DNA of 64,000 nucleotides from Octopus sinensis (GCF_006345805.1 NC_043000.1:150846001-150910000), one strand, 5' to 3'; counted from the stretch's first letter, positions 36,993 to 51,174 are shown. The notes: generated by a model not told the origin, from the sequence alone. Made by a program: numbers and translations.

Positions 36993-37361
36993 CCAGATCG
37001 TGTCGAATGAGTTAGGAAGTAAATTTTATATACTGGAACAAATTCAACTGCTTCAAATGTGTTAGTCACAAAAAAGTGCGTGTATATATATATATATATA
37101 TGCCTATGTATGTATGTATGTATGTATGTATGTATGTATGTATGTATGTATGTATGTATGTATGTATGTATATATATATATATATATATATACATATTTA
37201 TATATATATTTATATATAAAAGTAAATAAATGGTACAACGAGGCACCGATATTTACTGGAAAATAGCAATCGTAATAAATACGACGCTATTGTATAGCTT
37301 CACTGCGTATATACTAGCAAAGACGCATGTGTGCAACAAACATGAGAAAAATTTGTCTTAC

Positions 37362-37376
37362 CTCTAGGAAGAATAT
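37362..37376 (-). other. Candidate 15-nt microexon
   Basis: TTTTCCATTTTGCAG|ATATTCTTCCTAGAG|GTAAGA; frame-preserving; open in two phases (IFFLE or xILPRx). Confidence 0.25.
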
Positions 37377-37526
37377 CTGCAAAATGGAAAACCTAGAATC
37401 GGATACTGCAATACCGGTTTCAGACTCTTCAAATACGTTTGACAACGTAGATTTGATTTGTCCTCATCAGCTGCATATACCTAGACAAAATTTCATATGT
37501 TGCCACATATGTGTATATATATATAT

Positions 37527-37602
<76 letters not shown>

Positions 37603-38483
37603 GTGGGGTGTATAATTAGCTTCACTACCAATCGAAAACCTTTTCCGATGGAATAAGCAAGCTTGTGAACCGCTGAAAGAAGTGCATCGACGAACAAGGA
37701 GACTGTCGAAAAATGGTGTAATTGCCAAATCGTGCTTTTAATTTTAATAAATTACTGCAACAAGAATGCACATAATTGACTTACCCTCGTATTTTCAACA
37801 TAAAACCAATCTAAGTTAAATTAACTTACATAAATGATATGTTAGGTAGAGTCAGATTAATATATTTGTGAAAATACACAAATGATTTCAGGTTTGTTTA
37901 CGGTTACTCTTATGTTTCGGTCATATCAAAAACTTACGTTACAAAATCACCTTTTTTAAAAAAATCTGATAGAAATTGAATTAAATGAAAAGTATGTTAT
38001 ATCAATTACATTGCTTGACAAAACAGAAATTTCTTTAGCAAGAGATAATCAGGGTGATTTTATCTAATTTTAGAGTGCGTCTTCAAAATAGGAAGTTAGT
38101 TTTTCTCCATCATCTCTAGATTTTGATCTACATGACGCCCACTTGATACCAAAGTTACAGAAATGTAACGTAACATACAGTACCTCAGGTGTCTCTATTT
38201 GTCTTTTAAGAACGCCTTTGTGTGTTCTTTTTGTGGCAATCTTTAATGAGAGAGTCAAGACTATTGAAAAGGTTGTAAGACGCAACGAAAATTTTAGGAA
38301 AATAAAAATAAGAAATAAGTGGAAATTTTACCGGTGAGTGTGTTACATTATAAGGCACAAAAAGAAAATGACTCTTCCCAGACACAAAAGAATATGCTTG
38401 AACACACAAACTCACGTAAGGAATCTTGCAAACCAAATCCAAAAATGAAATTTAATGAGAAAGCTGTAAAAGTAAATGTGGAA

Positions 38484-38852
38484 GGAGGCGCAATGGGCCA
38501 GTAGTTAGGGCAGCGGACTCGCGGTTTCGATTCCCAGACCGGGCATTGTGAGTGTTTATTGAGCGAAAACACCTAAAGCTCCACGAGGCTCCGGCAGGGG
38601 GGGGGGGTGATCCCTGCTGTACTCTTTCACCACAACTTTCTCTCACTCTTTCTTCCTGTTTCTGTTGTACCTGTATTTCAAAGGGCCGGCCTTGTCACTC
38701 TCTGTGTCACGCCGAATATCCCCGAGAACTATGTTAAGGGTACATGTGTCTGTGGAGTGCTCAGCCACTTACACGTTAATTTCACGAGCAGGCTATTCCG
38801 TTGATTCGGATCAACCGGAACCCTTGTCGTCGTTACCGACGGAGTGCTTCCG
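38484..38852 (+). mobile_element. Family-C SINE
   Basis: Homologous to 10256-10640; AAAGTAAAT on both flanks. Confidence 0.93.
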
Positions 38853-38989
38853 AAAGTAAATATAGCACATGTTAAATCATATCTATTTTTGGAAAACTGA
38901 TTTAAATGCGTGTTTTGGATGTTACTGTGACTTGTATCAAAGTAGTAACTGCTATATTCACTGTGGACTGCTGTCTATTGCTGTATATT

Positions 38990-41320
38990 GCAATGATCCA
39001 GATTAATTTTGCCACATCTGTGGGAAAATTGCGTTCAAAGACTGAAAGAGAAACATCGTTCCCTCATACAAGCAAAATACAAGGATTACTTCAAAATGGA
39101 ACTTGGGGGCCAAAATAATTGCTTTGCCCAACACATTGTATACAAAGGTTGCAGTTATCAGTTTTCCTTGCGGTCAAATGGCAAGCTGAAGCAAATGCTA
39201 TTAGCCACTGAATGGCATGGTAAGCTGAAGCAACCATTCTGCTGATTTCAAAAAGAAAATTAAAATGTTTATCGAGTATTCTAATTTTCTATCTGCCATA
39301 AGACTACAACTATACGAAGACAAAATTTCTCCTGTGCTAAACAATCAACCATTGAGTGAGTCAGATGTTGATTCAAATGACAAAATTGCATGTTAAGACC
39401 AAATGGATGATAAGGATTTTGAAAATCTTAATTCATGCCCTATAAAAAGCCAAGAACAATTGTACATTTTGTTCGAAAACTGAGAATTTCCAAGAATGAT
39501 TCTTACCTGGTTGGAACAATGTCCAGAGAATTTGGTATCTTAGTACAAGGAACCAAAACAACAACATACAGACGCTCAGAGAAGAAATTTGTTAGATTTT
39601 CCGACACACATGATTAACTGGGTGTGGTTTATTGCAAGAATATTACAGGTGTGATGATGACCCTGGGAATTCTCTCTGATGTCAAGATAGATTGGTGGTT
39701 GTTCATTGATGGCAGTGTTTCCAGTCCTTTTGCATGTTGGAAAGAATGAGTACCTGGGATTCTACTGGACTAATTACATGCGAGGTCTGATCAATAAGTA
39801 TCAGGACTGTTGCCATAGTAACGAAGCTAAAAGACAGAGAGTGAAGCCGCTTGACAAAGATTGACCTTGAACTCTGCTGTGCATGCACACTAAGTTTTTA
39901 ATGTTATTTACAACAGTGCTTGGAAGGAAGGTGTGTAGCGTGTGATCGTCGCATTGACCATGACAGAGAAAGGTATCATGGCGATACCTGCTCAGAGGTC
40001 TGCGAAAAGTTGCAGAAAGTGTATGGAGAGGAGTGTATGAGCCGTACACAAGTGTACGAGTGGTTCAGACGTTTCTATGATGGCCGGAAAAATGTCGATA
40101 GTGAGATCCGCAACCAGCAGAACTGAGAAAAATATCGTAGATGTGCGTGCGGCTGTGAAGGGAAATCGTCGAATCACCATCAGTGAGTTATCAGAAGATG
40201 TACAAATTAGTTCTGTCCACTCTTTTATCACTGAAGATTTGGGTATGAGACGCGTATCTGTCAAGTTTGTTCCAAAACTGCTTTCAGCTGACCAAAAAGA
40301 CACTCGGATTTCAGTTGCACAAAATGTTGAGAACGATGAAAACTCTTTGAAAACTTTGTGTAGGCTTCTATGCAGGCATCGCCAAGGTTTTGGCAAAATT
40401 TGATGCAGATTGTCTGCTCAACTTTCTCTGTCATGGTCAATACGACGATCACACACTACCCACCTTCCTTCTAAGTACTGCTGTAAACAACGGAAGTGAG
40501 CTAGAACGTTAAAACTTACTGCACATCTACAGTAGGATTTAAGGTCAATCTGTGCCAGGCGACTTTACTCTGGATGCTTTAGCTTCGTTATTATGGCAAC
40601 GGACCGTATACTTATTGATCAGAATACGTATGATAAGATAATTAAATACAAATGATGAACCTGTATTATAGTTTTCTAAAGGACAGCCTATATGTTAAGT
40701 TTTTGTTTTAGATATATCAGTTTGAATTTACATGGGATCTTAAACTGGATATGATTCAGACAGTTGGACGTCAATGGTTGAAACCGGGTACAATATCACA
40801 CAACGAATATATGTAACAACGCTGCTCATAAATGTAATTACTCATCCCTTCGCAGTTTGGAATGAGCCGTTCGTTTCTTAAGAAAAATAGACAGGTCTAT
40901 GTAAAGCGAAAAGTTTTTTAATCATAATGCTATGAGAAAGCTTCTATGCCAACGGTTCTCAAACTTTTCTTCGTGCCTACTTAGAACGAAAAAGCTGTTA
41001 CCTATTTGTAATTTCAAGAAGTTCAACTCCAGATCTTCTCTGATATTGGATTATGGTGTGTGAGAATTGGGCTTAACGATCATCTTCATTTTATTGCCTT
41101 CGATTTCTTGGATCAGTGGCAAAGCGGCTGAAAATGATTAGAAGTATACCAGAGACCAAACTTTCAGTGGAATAACTTAGGTGATCTATGGATCTCGCTG
41201 TTCTCTGAAGTATGCATTCCACAGCTACGATGCTAAATATCTTTCTGAAATGTGGTCATTGATGGTTGAGTTTCCTCACGCACTTCACCGTAAATCCAGT
41301 CTTCACATGACTAGAGTGAT
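38990..41320 (+). pseudogene. Decayed Chapaev3-like (CMC) transposase, interrupted by a mariner
   Basis: NDPD*FCHICGK.., VVYCKNITGVMMTLG..WWLFIDGS..VLLHVG, and a distal YDAKYLSEMWSLMVEFPHALHRKS resemble Chapaev3 motifs as recalled; many stops and frameshifts. Confidence 0.65.
39775..40630 (+). mobile_element. Non-autonomous mariner with long (>200 bp) imperfect inverted ends
   Basis: GGTCTGATCAATAAGTAT and ATACTTATTGATCAGA ends; KLQKVYGEECMSRTQVYEWFRRF..RRITISELSED..GMRRVSVKFVPKLLS; right arm encodes MTEKVEQTICIKFCQNLG on the minus strand. Confidence 0.88.
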
Positions 41321-42977
41321 AATTGTTTTAAAATTTTTTACAAATTCATTGGCTGCTTCCAATCTAGTTTAACCAGCCTGTCAGTTTTGTTCAGTAGATG
41401 GCGCTTTGCTGCATGCAGACAATTCGTGCAGCTACAGATGAAAACTAGGTGCCAGGGAAGAGACAATGAGAAGACCAACTGTCCTGAAAACGAATTGGCA
41501 TGATCCTTACCTTATGTACAGTCTCTCCTTGATATCAATATACATATGTCAGTATTTATAAATTAATTCTACAAACTTACGTTTATGCATTTGTTTTGCA
41601 AGATTCTTGATGTGAAATCGTGTGTTACAACAGGTATTGATTAAACAGGACAGGAGAAGACACGTGGGATGGAGAGTCGCTGAAGAGGTCACACGATGTG
41701 TAACGGAAGATTCCAAACAAAGGATGATAAAATAAGAACAACAATAAAGCTGAAGTGAAGAACGAGTATATAGTGCGTGTGTTTATTTGGCAAATAAATG
41801 ACCATCCCAAAATATAGCAATTCTACAAACCTGTTATATAAACTTCGTTAGTATTTGGGCAGATTACTAAATTCAACAAAACAGTAGAGAAAATATTTGA
41901 TCTTTTGGAAGTATTACCTGATTTAATATGGCACTCCATACATAAGTTGCTATCTTATCCGCAAAATGTTCTGGGTCAGAAACTAAGGTCATACTTTAGA
42001 AGCTCTATGTTTCTCATTTATCAGTTTTTATATCCAGAAAATTTGATTATTGATTTATGAGAATTTATCATGTATTATATTCCGAACAGTTGAGTAATTA
42101 TTGTATTTTTGAAAATTAAGGGTTGGATGTATTTTAAGTCCTCTTTCTTTCTTTCTTCTCAGCGCATTAAAATTGTAGACCTTCCGCTATCATCAAGTAT
42201 TTTTGGATAAAAATATAAAATAAAATTGTTATGGATTAAATTTTATGTAACCATTTTGCTTTGAGATAATATTACAATTATAGAAGATATAATTTTAGTT
42301 ATTGTATTTAATCAATTGTACATCGTTTGTGGTCCAATTTTGTTTTACGCTCTAAGAAATTATTCTCGGTGTCTTTATAATCGATCATTACAATATTTGT
42401 TGTACCCTCAAGCAATCTACTAGTTACATTACGTTAATGTGAATACAAGTAATACTCTTATGCAATATGTTCCATCTTCGTACTCGGATGTTTAGAATAA
42501 ACTGTTAAAACAACGATCTCAAGTGTACACCCTCACAAAAAGTGCGAGAAACAATTTTAGGAAGTGTGAAAAGAGGGTGCCTAAAAATATTTTTGTTGTT
42601 CTTGATGTAAGCAACATCTATTCTTTCATGTTAAGCATTTGGATGCTTAGCATGGCATCCTGATCGCTCTCAGTACCAAAAAGTATCACTCGTACTAAGC
42701 AAAAGTACATGACATGTTCTTATGTTCTTTTTGTAATATTGTTTTTAAAATAATTTTGAATTTTCAGATTAAGAGGAACGACATTGAAATCTCAAAGTTG
42801 TGCGAATCCCGAGAAAAGTTAAGGCTCCGCAATAAAACCTCTACATAATAATTAACCTGCACCAAATACCTGCTAAATCTCTACCAATAAACCCTGCATT
42901 TGTTTTAGGCAATGGCAGAGTCTCTAAATGGTCGTCCGACGTACTAGAAATAGCAAACAAATTTCCTCAAATCGTAC

Positions 42978-43190
42978 CTATTTCTTTATTACCCACAAGG
43001 GGCTAAACACAGAGGGGACAAACAAGGACAGACATAGGTATTAAGTCGATTACATCGACCCCAGTGCATAATTGGTACTTAATTTATCGACCCCGAAAGG
43101 ATGAAAGGCAAAGCCGACCTCGGCGGAATTCGAACTCACAACGTAACGCAAACGAAATACCGCTAAGCATTTCGCCCGGCGCGCTAACGT
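42978..43190 (-). mobile_element. Family-B SINE
   Basis: Near-consensus single unit. Confidence 0.9.
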
Positions 43191-43779
43191 ACCTTTTGTG
43201 TTAAACAACTGAGGATACATTAAACAATGAAGTTATGAACATACACAAAGACGGAATGCTAACAATTGGAATGCTATCTATTTCGATCTTTACCACAACC
43301 TACTCATTAGAAATGGTACTGACATGATTAGAACGTCAATCAAATAATAATAATTACATCTAATTTGGGTGATGAATTCAAATCTGCTCCCAATGTTCTG
43401 TTGTACTCATGAGCATGGCACCTAACTCTAGCGTTTCAGGTCATAAATCTGGCTATTTTGGGAAGATTGCTTAGAAGATAGTGCGTTTAGGTGAAAAGAT
43501 GTTGTTCTCATTCACTTAATGCTGTTGAATTAGGGGTTACGGGTTGGCTACACAAATCTTCATGATTCATGCAACGGTCAATTTAAAATTTTGCTCTCAG
43601 AATATTTATCTAATTAGATCAAGTATAGCACGGTTCTCTTCTACCATTCTCTTCTGTTATCTTTGCTGTACTGAGATAAGGTAAACGTAAGCAACTGAAA
43701 TATAAATTAATGTCTCTTGAACTTTGAATGTTTTCTGAGTATCAGTGCTTTACTCTGAATTCATGGTATTATACGGATA

Positions 43780-44200
43780 TGGCGGCGATCTGGCAGAAAC
43801 GTTAGCGCGCCGGGAGAAATGCCTAGTGGTATTTCGTCTGTCGTTACGTTCTGAGTTCAAATTCCGCCGAGGTCGACTTTGCCTTTCATCCTTTCGGAGT
43901 CGATTAAATAAGTACCAGTTACGCACTGGGATCGATATAATCGACTTAATCCGTTTGTCTGTCCTTGTTTGTCCTCTCTGTATGTAGCCCCTTGTGGGTA
44001 GTAAAGAAATAAGTATTTCATCTGCCGCTACGTTGTGAGTTCAAATTCCGCCGAGGTCGACTTTGCCTTTCATCTTTTCGGAGTCGATTAAATAAGTACC
44101 AGTTACGCACATTGGGTCGGTATAATCGACTTAATCCGTTTGTCTGTCCTTGTTTGTCCTCTCCGTGTTTAGCTCCTTGTGGGTAGTAAAGAAATAGGTA
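43780..44200 (+). mobile_element. Family-B SINE, two tandem units
   Basis: Head GGCGGCGATCTGGCAGAAACGTTAGC with a duplicated body. Confidence 0.92.
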
Positions 44201-44598
44201 TTTGACGGATAAGTGAAATATATACTAGATGTTTCTGACACTTAGAGGAAATGAAACATGTATAGATAGGTGTAGTAATCAAACATACGACAAAACGAAT
44301 GCAGTAGTTCTAAACTCAATATCCACGCGATCATATTACAAACGATCTGTATGTCTGTTGTATGTGTCTTCAAAGAAATCATAAATTACCCTGTTGTTCT
44401 TATATTTAATTATATTAATAACAATTTCTTTTGACTGAGTACAACGTTATCTTTTGTAGCAGAAGAGGTATTGCCGGTGAAATAGAATCCACTGTTACAC
44501 TTATATTCATTTTGTCGTCCCTTCAGAAAAGAAGAGCAAAGTCAATCACATCAGAAATTGAAGTTAGGACGTAGAGAGAAAAAAAAAAGATCAAATAC

Positions 44599-45007
44599 AG
44601 GAGTGGCTGTGTGGTTAGTAGCTTGCCTACCAACCACATGGTTCTGGGTTCAGTCCCACTGCGTGGCATCTTGGGCAAGTGTCTTCCGCTATAGCCACGG
44701 GCCGACCAATGCCTTGTGAGTGGATTTGGTAGACGGAAACTGAAAGAAGCTTGTCGTATATATGAATATATATGTATGTATGTGTATGTATGTGTTTGTG
44801 TGTCTGTGTTTGTCCCCCTAGCATTGCTTGACAACCGATGCTGGTGTGTTTACGTCCCCGTCACTTAGCGGTTCGGCAAAAGAGACCGATAGAATAAGTA
44901 CTGGGCTTACAAAGAATAAGTCCCGGGGTCGATTTGCTCGACTAAAGGCGGTGCTCCAGCATGGCCGCAGTCAAATGACTGAAACAAGTAAAAGAGTAAA
45001 GAGTAAA
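44599..45007 (+). mobile_element. Family-A SINE with TSD
   Basis: TSD AGATCAAATAC at 44588-44598 and 45008-45018. Confidence 0.95.
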
Positions 45008-45455
45008 AGATCAAATACTGCGGTACATTTAAGCTCTACTTTCTCCCCTATCCGTTATTTTCAGTCCAAGCAAATTGCTTTCTGTTTTATCTTAATCTCA
45101 AGTGCTATTTCCTTTAGGATTGATTCTATGTCGCTGAACTAGTTAATCTTTGACTGAAAATTACGTTGTCTGTGTTAAGTACAATGATTTGTATACAAGA
45201 AATTGCTTGGCTAAGCATTCATTGATGATTCGATTGTTCTCAAGTCTATGTAGTGTATATGAGTTGTTATTTAAATCTGGTTTAGTACTCTTATAATCAA
45301 AGGCATTTGAACTACAGCCATTCCGTATTATTTATACTTAAGACTACATTGAACAACGTGCTCTTCTTTTTCCAAGACGGTAGGGCGAATTTGGCAGCTA
45401 TTTCTACCAAATCGAGCATCTGCCAAGTGGTAGGTATGAATATTATAGATATATA

Positions 45456-46135
45456 TAGGCGCAGGAGTGGCTGTGTGGTAAGTAGCTTGCTAACAAACCA
45501 CATGGTTCCGGGTTCACTCCCACTGCGTGGCATCTTGGGCAAGTGTCTTCTGCTATAGCCCCGGGCTGACCAATGCTTTGTGAGTGGATTTGGTAGATGG
45601 AAACTGAAAGAAGCCTGTCGTATATATGTATATATATGTATATGTATGTGTGTGTGTTCGTGTTTGTGTCTGTGTTTGTCCCCCTAGCATTGCTTGACAA
45701 CCAATGCTGGTGTGTTTACGTCCCCGTCACTTAGCGGTTCGGCAAAAGAAACCGATAGAATTAATACTGGGTTTTCAAAGAATAAGTCCCGGGGTCGAGT
45801 TGCTCGACTAAAGGCGGTGCTCCAGCATGGCCGCAGTCAAATGACTGAAACAAGTAAAAGAGTAAAAGAAAGAGTAAAAGAGTATAGTAAGAAGCGAGGC
45901 GGCGAGCTGGCAGAATCGTTAGCACGTCGGGCGAAATGCTTAGCAGCATTTCGTCTGTCGCTACGTTCTGAGTTCGAATTCCACCGAGGTCGACTTTGCT
46001 TTTTATCCTTTCGGGGGTCGATAAATTAAGTACCAGTTACGCACTGGGGTCGATGTAATCGACTTAATACCTTTGTCTGTCCTTGTTTGTCCCCTCTATG
46101 TTTAGCAGCCCCTTGTGGGCAATAAGGGAATAAGA
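45456..46135 (+). mobile_element. Family-A SINE followed directly by a family-B SINE
   Basis: Family A at about 45456-45880 and family B at about 45897-46135. Confidence 0.9.
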
Positions 46136-46217
46136 ATGGCGGTACGGTAAGAAGCATCTGATGAGCCAAATCGGCAACAAAACTTCAATTCTCGACTTTT
46201 CAACTTTCCATTCATTT

Positions 46218-46769
46218 GGGATGGATGGAAGCACTCCGTCGGTTACGACGATGAGGGTTCCGGTTGATCCGAATCAACGGAACAGCCTGCTCGTGAAATT
46301 AACGTGTAAGTGGCTGAGCACTCCACAGACACGTGTACCCTTAACGTAGTTCTCGGGGATATTCAGCGTGACACAGAGAGTGACAAGGCCGGTCCCTTGA
46401 AATACAGGTACAACAGAAACAGGAAGAAAGAGTGAGAGAAAGTTGTGGTGAAAGAGTACAGCAGGGATCACCACCATCCCCTGCCGGAGCCTCGTGGAGC
46501 TTTTAGGTGTTTTCGCTCAATAAACACTCACAACGCCCGGTCTGGAAATCGAAACCGCGATCCTATGACCGCGAGTCCGCTGCCTAAACCACTGGGCCAT
46601 TGCGCCTCCTAAAGAGTACAGCAGGGATCACCACCATCCCCTGCCGGAGCCTCGTGGAGCCTTTAGGTGTTTTCGCTCAATAAACACTCACAACGCCCGG
46701 TCTGGGAATCGAAACCGCGATCCTATGACCGCGAGTCCGCTGCCCTAACCACTGGGCCATTGCGCCTCC
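46218..46769 (-). mobile_element. Family-C SINE with a duplicated 5' segment
   Basis: TSD TTTCCATTCATTT at 46205-46217 and 46770-46782; about 46452-46610 is repeated at about 46612-46769. Confidence 0.93.
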
Positions 46770-46822
46770 TTTCCATTCATTTACTTCTCCATACATCCGA
46801 TTTTCCGTCGTTGCTAATAGTT

Positions 46823-46915
<93 letters not shown>

Positions 46916-47329
46916 GAGGGGTGAGAAAGGGTGAAGAAAGATGGGTCGTGCCAGACGGATTCTTTCAAAACAGAATATTAACACACAATGTATTGAACAG
47001 GAATATATATAATTCAACACCTGCTTAGCTACCACCCTCATCATTGAAACCACTTCCATATTATTTATATATAAATGTTGCTGGTAGCGGAATAAAAGAA
47101 TTAAGGATTATAGGATTATAATACTCAACATTAATAACCATAATAATCCTTTCAACAAAACCTGACACTACGCTCTCTAAACTGATAGCACGGGCATTGA
47201 TCACCTGGTTCTTCATTCATTTTTGTCTGTAATGTCCTTTTAACGTGTCATAACGCTTATTTTTTTTTAAAAACCCATCAATGTGAGGAAGTCCGCTACC
47301 AATGAATGTGATAGCTCGATAAATACATA

Positions 47330-47375
47330 CATACTATGCGCACACATATACATATATACATACATACACATACGC

Positions 47376-47406
<31 letters not shown>

Positions 47407-47770
47407 CACACATACATACACACACACACATACACACACACATACACACACACACATACACACATATACACACACACATACACACACACACACAAATACA
47501 TACACATTCGCACACACATACACACATACACACACACAAATACACACACATACACACACACACACATACACACACACACACACACACACAAATACACACA
47601 CACACACACTTACACACACACACACACACACACACACAGCATAGTGCTCTCGGTAAACATGATTTTGCGAAGTACACAGTTTCCTTATCCAGTTTTATTC
47701 ATCAGTGTTTAAAGACTTATTTCATGGCTTTGTTGAAACATAAGTTTCGGTAAATAATATCCAGGAGTAA

Positions 47771-47844
<74 letters not shown>

Positions 47845-47953
47845 ATACTTAAGCATGCATGTATGTATGTATGTATATATACATATATGTATGTATGTGT
47901 ATATTTATATCTATATCTATTTATCTATCTATCTATATCTATATGTTTATGTA

Positions 47954-48024
<71 letters not shown>

Positions 48025-48050
48025 ATATTTATATATATATATATATATAT
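47330..48050. repeat. (CA/TACA)n and (TA)(TATG)(TCTA)n microsatellite blocks
   Basis: Directly visible. Confidence 0.93.
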
Positions 48051-48051
48051 A

Positions 48052-48655
48052 CAGGGGCTGGACAAAATAATGGAAACACCTTAAAATTTCAAACAAATAT
48101 ATTTCAATATGGGGTATGACTGCCTTTGTCAAAGTTACAGCTTGAATGGGCTCGTACAAAGTTTGAATTGTTTCCAAATGTATTTTTGTCCATTCTTCAG
48201 CTAAAACAGTCTTCAGTTCTTGTAGTGATGATGGTGGAGGGTATCGACTCTTTACTTGTTTTTCTGAAATGCCCCATAAATGTTCAATAATATTGAGATC
48301 TGAAGACTGTGATGGCCAGATAAGATGTTCAATTTGACTAGAATGTTCTTCGTGCCATTCAGTAACAACTTTAGCTGTGTGAATTGGTGCGTTATCATCC
48401 TGAAAGATTGCATTTCCCATCCGGAAACAGTTCAGCAACAATAGGATGAATTTCATCAGATAAAATGCTTAAATAGTCTTGACTATTAATTCTGCCATGC
48501 AAAGAGACCATTGGGCTGGCGGATTTCCAAGATATAGCCCCCCACCCCCCGTCCCAGATCATCACAGATCCTCCTCCATGTTTAACAGTTTGAAGAAGGC
48601 AGTCTGGGTCAAATGCTTCTTTTGGCTGTCTCCACACGTATACTCAGCCAGTGGT
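48052..48655 (-). mobile_element. Tc1-family transposon, 3' half
   Basis: TA|CAGGGGCTGGACAAAATAATGGAAACACC end; VWRQPKEAFDPDCLLQTVKHGGGSVMIW..FQDDNAPIHTAKVVTEW..WPSQSSDLNIIEHLW (DD34E). Confidence 0.92.
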
Positions 48656-48729
48656 CATGCCTGCGTCCTCAAAATACCCCGCACACACACATCTAAATGG
48701 AATATACATGTATTTACACATACATACAT

Positions 48730-49050
48730 ACATGATGACGGCTGTCCATTCGTGACCCAAGAAGACCATAGAAATAAGTACTGGCCATTGCCCATGCAAA
48801 ATACCAGCACTCGCCGTGCATGAGATTATTGCACGCGCGGTCGGCTTCACCGGGTTTCGTACCTCTCTCTTCTATAATCGCCATCGTGCCCTCTACTCAA
48901 CTGGAGACCAGAAAGTCGTCTCGCCATCGAGTGCGCAATCTAAACTTTTCGGTCCAACACGGTTCGCGCAACACCTCACATATCCTTTCCGCTCTATTGA
49001 TATGATTCAGAGATAAGCCAAGGCAAGATATCCGATGCCAATATGGGTCG
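48730..49050 (-). mobile_element. RTE-like LINE 3' end
   Basis: Minus strand ..RLRTRWRDD..; ends in CATCATG next to a microsatellite. Confidence 0.45.
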
Positions 49051-49299
49051 CAGATTGAGGAATATTCCCATTACCTCTTGTTTATGTTCCCGTAACTTAG
49101 TGATAGAATAAGTACCACCCTTTTGAAATAAATACTGAGGCCAACACGTTCGACTAAAACCCTTCAAGGCTTTGCTCCATCATGGCCACTGTCCGATGAC
49201 TAAAGCAAGTAAATGATAAAAGATTAAAATATTCAAATAAGCGTACGTTTTCTGTATATGTTTGCAAGAGAAATGCGTGTATGAATTATATATACATAC

Positions 49300-49459
49300 G
49301 TAGGAGTGGTAAGTAGCATGCTTACGAACCACATGGTTCCGGGTTCAGTCCCACTGCGTGGCACCTTGGGCAAGTGTCTTTTAGTATAGCCTCGGTCGGA
49401 CCAAAGCCTTGTGATTGGATTTGGTAGACGGAAACTGAAAGAACCCCGTCGTATATATA

Positions 49460-49513
<54 letters not shown>

Positions 49514-49745
49514 GTATGTGTGTGTGTGTGTGTGTATGTATATGTTTGTGCGTCTGTGTTTGTCCCCCCAATATCGCTTGACAACCGATGTTGGTGTGTT
49601 TATGTCCCCGTAACTTAGCGGTTCGGCAAAAGAGACCGATAGAATAAGTACTAGGCTTACAAAGAATAAGTCCTGGGGTAGATTTGCTTGACTCAAGGCG
49701 GTGCTCCGGCATGGCCACAGTCACATGACTGAAACAAGTAAAAGA
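49300..49745 (+). mobile_element. Family-A SINE
   Basis: Near-consensus copy. Confidence 0.92.
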
Positions 49746-50779
49746 GTATGCGCTCATGCCTTCATTAGCAGATGGTGTAGTGATTATCAAATCTTTAGTC
49801 AGGACAGGGATAAAGTAGAATCCATTTGCTCAAGGACCCGCACTGTGAGACCGAACCCGAAGCCACATGCTTACAAAGCGAACCTCTTAACCACATAGCC
49901 GTGTTTGCGCCTATGTGTGAGATTTTTCTGTTTCTTCGGTAGGTCGGATGAATCTGTAAAAGTTCCATTATTGGTTGATGAGGTTTTCAGCCTTTATGCA
50001 TTTCATTTTGTTTCATTGAGATCGTACGTTATAAAGACACTTATGTTGGCATGAATCCATCAAATCTCTGTAGCTCAATTTTCTTTACCGTTGAAGTTTT
50101 ACTTCATCCTATCTTTACTGCAATCATTGGATGAACAAGATGGAAACTAATAGAGGAATCCACATAAGGCAAACTAATCTGTAATCAGCACTATAAATGC
50201 ATTAGCTGTACTTGTGCCACCAAATTTTCTATAACCGGATTCGGCATCGCTATTATTTCTTTTATAATTTGATTTTGGGAGAAATTTACCCCCGTTCTTA
50301 TATCAACTATATCACTTGCAGGCGCCAAGGATCGTTTTTACGTTCAGAAGTGACATTTCAATTTAACTTGCCTTTGTTCAATCTCATAATAAAATCTACG
50401 ACATTCAATTCAAAACTACTTTTTCGTCGATATTTGGCAACATAGTAAAGAGGCTGAGGTTAAACAAAAGTCGTGCACTAGATAAAAAGCAAAAGGTGGT
50501 GAATTATTGGATTAAAACTGGTATTGAGGGTATGTTTGCAAGTTTTCGCTTCCTAAGATTTTGATCTATTGAAAGAAAGAAAAATTCTTTATCACACTAA
50601 TTAAATTTACCAGTACATGAACATTTAAGATTACTCTAAGAAGTTTTCAGAAATGTCTTAAAAATTGTTTATTGAAATTAAACAGTGGAAACAATAAACT
50701 TGAAAATTTATTATTTGCGGAGGATAACACTTTTTTACGGAGTTAATGGAATATTGTACAATTAATCGTGGGCTCAGTG

Positions 50780-51172
50780 AGTCATACCTTGTCAGCATAC
50801 TGCTCTGTGGCCATGCTTAACTCTTTTACATGTCAACAGCACAATACTCGTATTTCTAAGAGTAAAAAAATAGGTAATATAATGTGATGTAATTCACTGC
50901 TCTAATGGCTGGCAGCGCTGAAAAATTGTAATTAGACTCAACTAAAGAGACAAAGTTAAAATATTATAGACACTTAATTACGGGCTGTTAATTGAAAGCA
51001 AAATGAATGGAAAGACAACGAAGAAAATAAAACCAAGAACTACGCAGATGGATGATGGATATTATCGAGAATTGAGCAGACTTGAATACGGTGCATGGTT
51101 TAAGAGGAGCACAAGAAAACCCGAGGTGGCTATTTCTTGGCATTCAACCAAATAATGAGGACAGGCGATAAC
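50780..51172 (+). mobile_element. Old RTE LINE 3' end
   Basis: LKYYRHLI..RRWMMDIIE..GAQENPRWLF resembles the RTE C-terminus. Confidence 0.55.
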
Positions 51173-51174
51173 TG

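Noticed and set aside
38200-38333. Plus-strand exon candidate with a perfect CG|GTGAGT donor
   Set aside because: No recognisable protein similarity and no compatible neighbouring exon; could be chance in AT-rich DNA.
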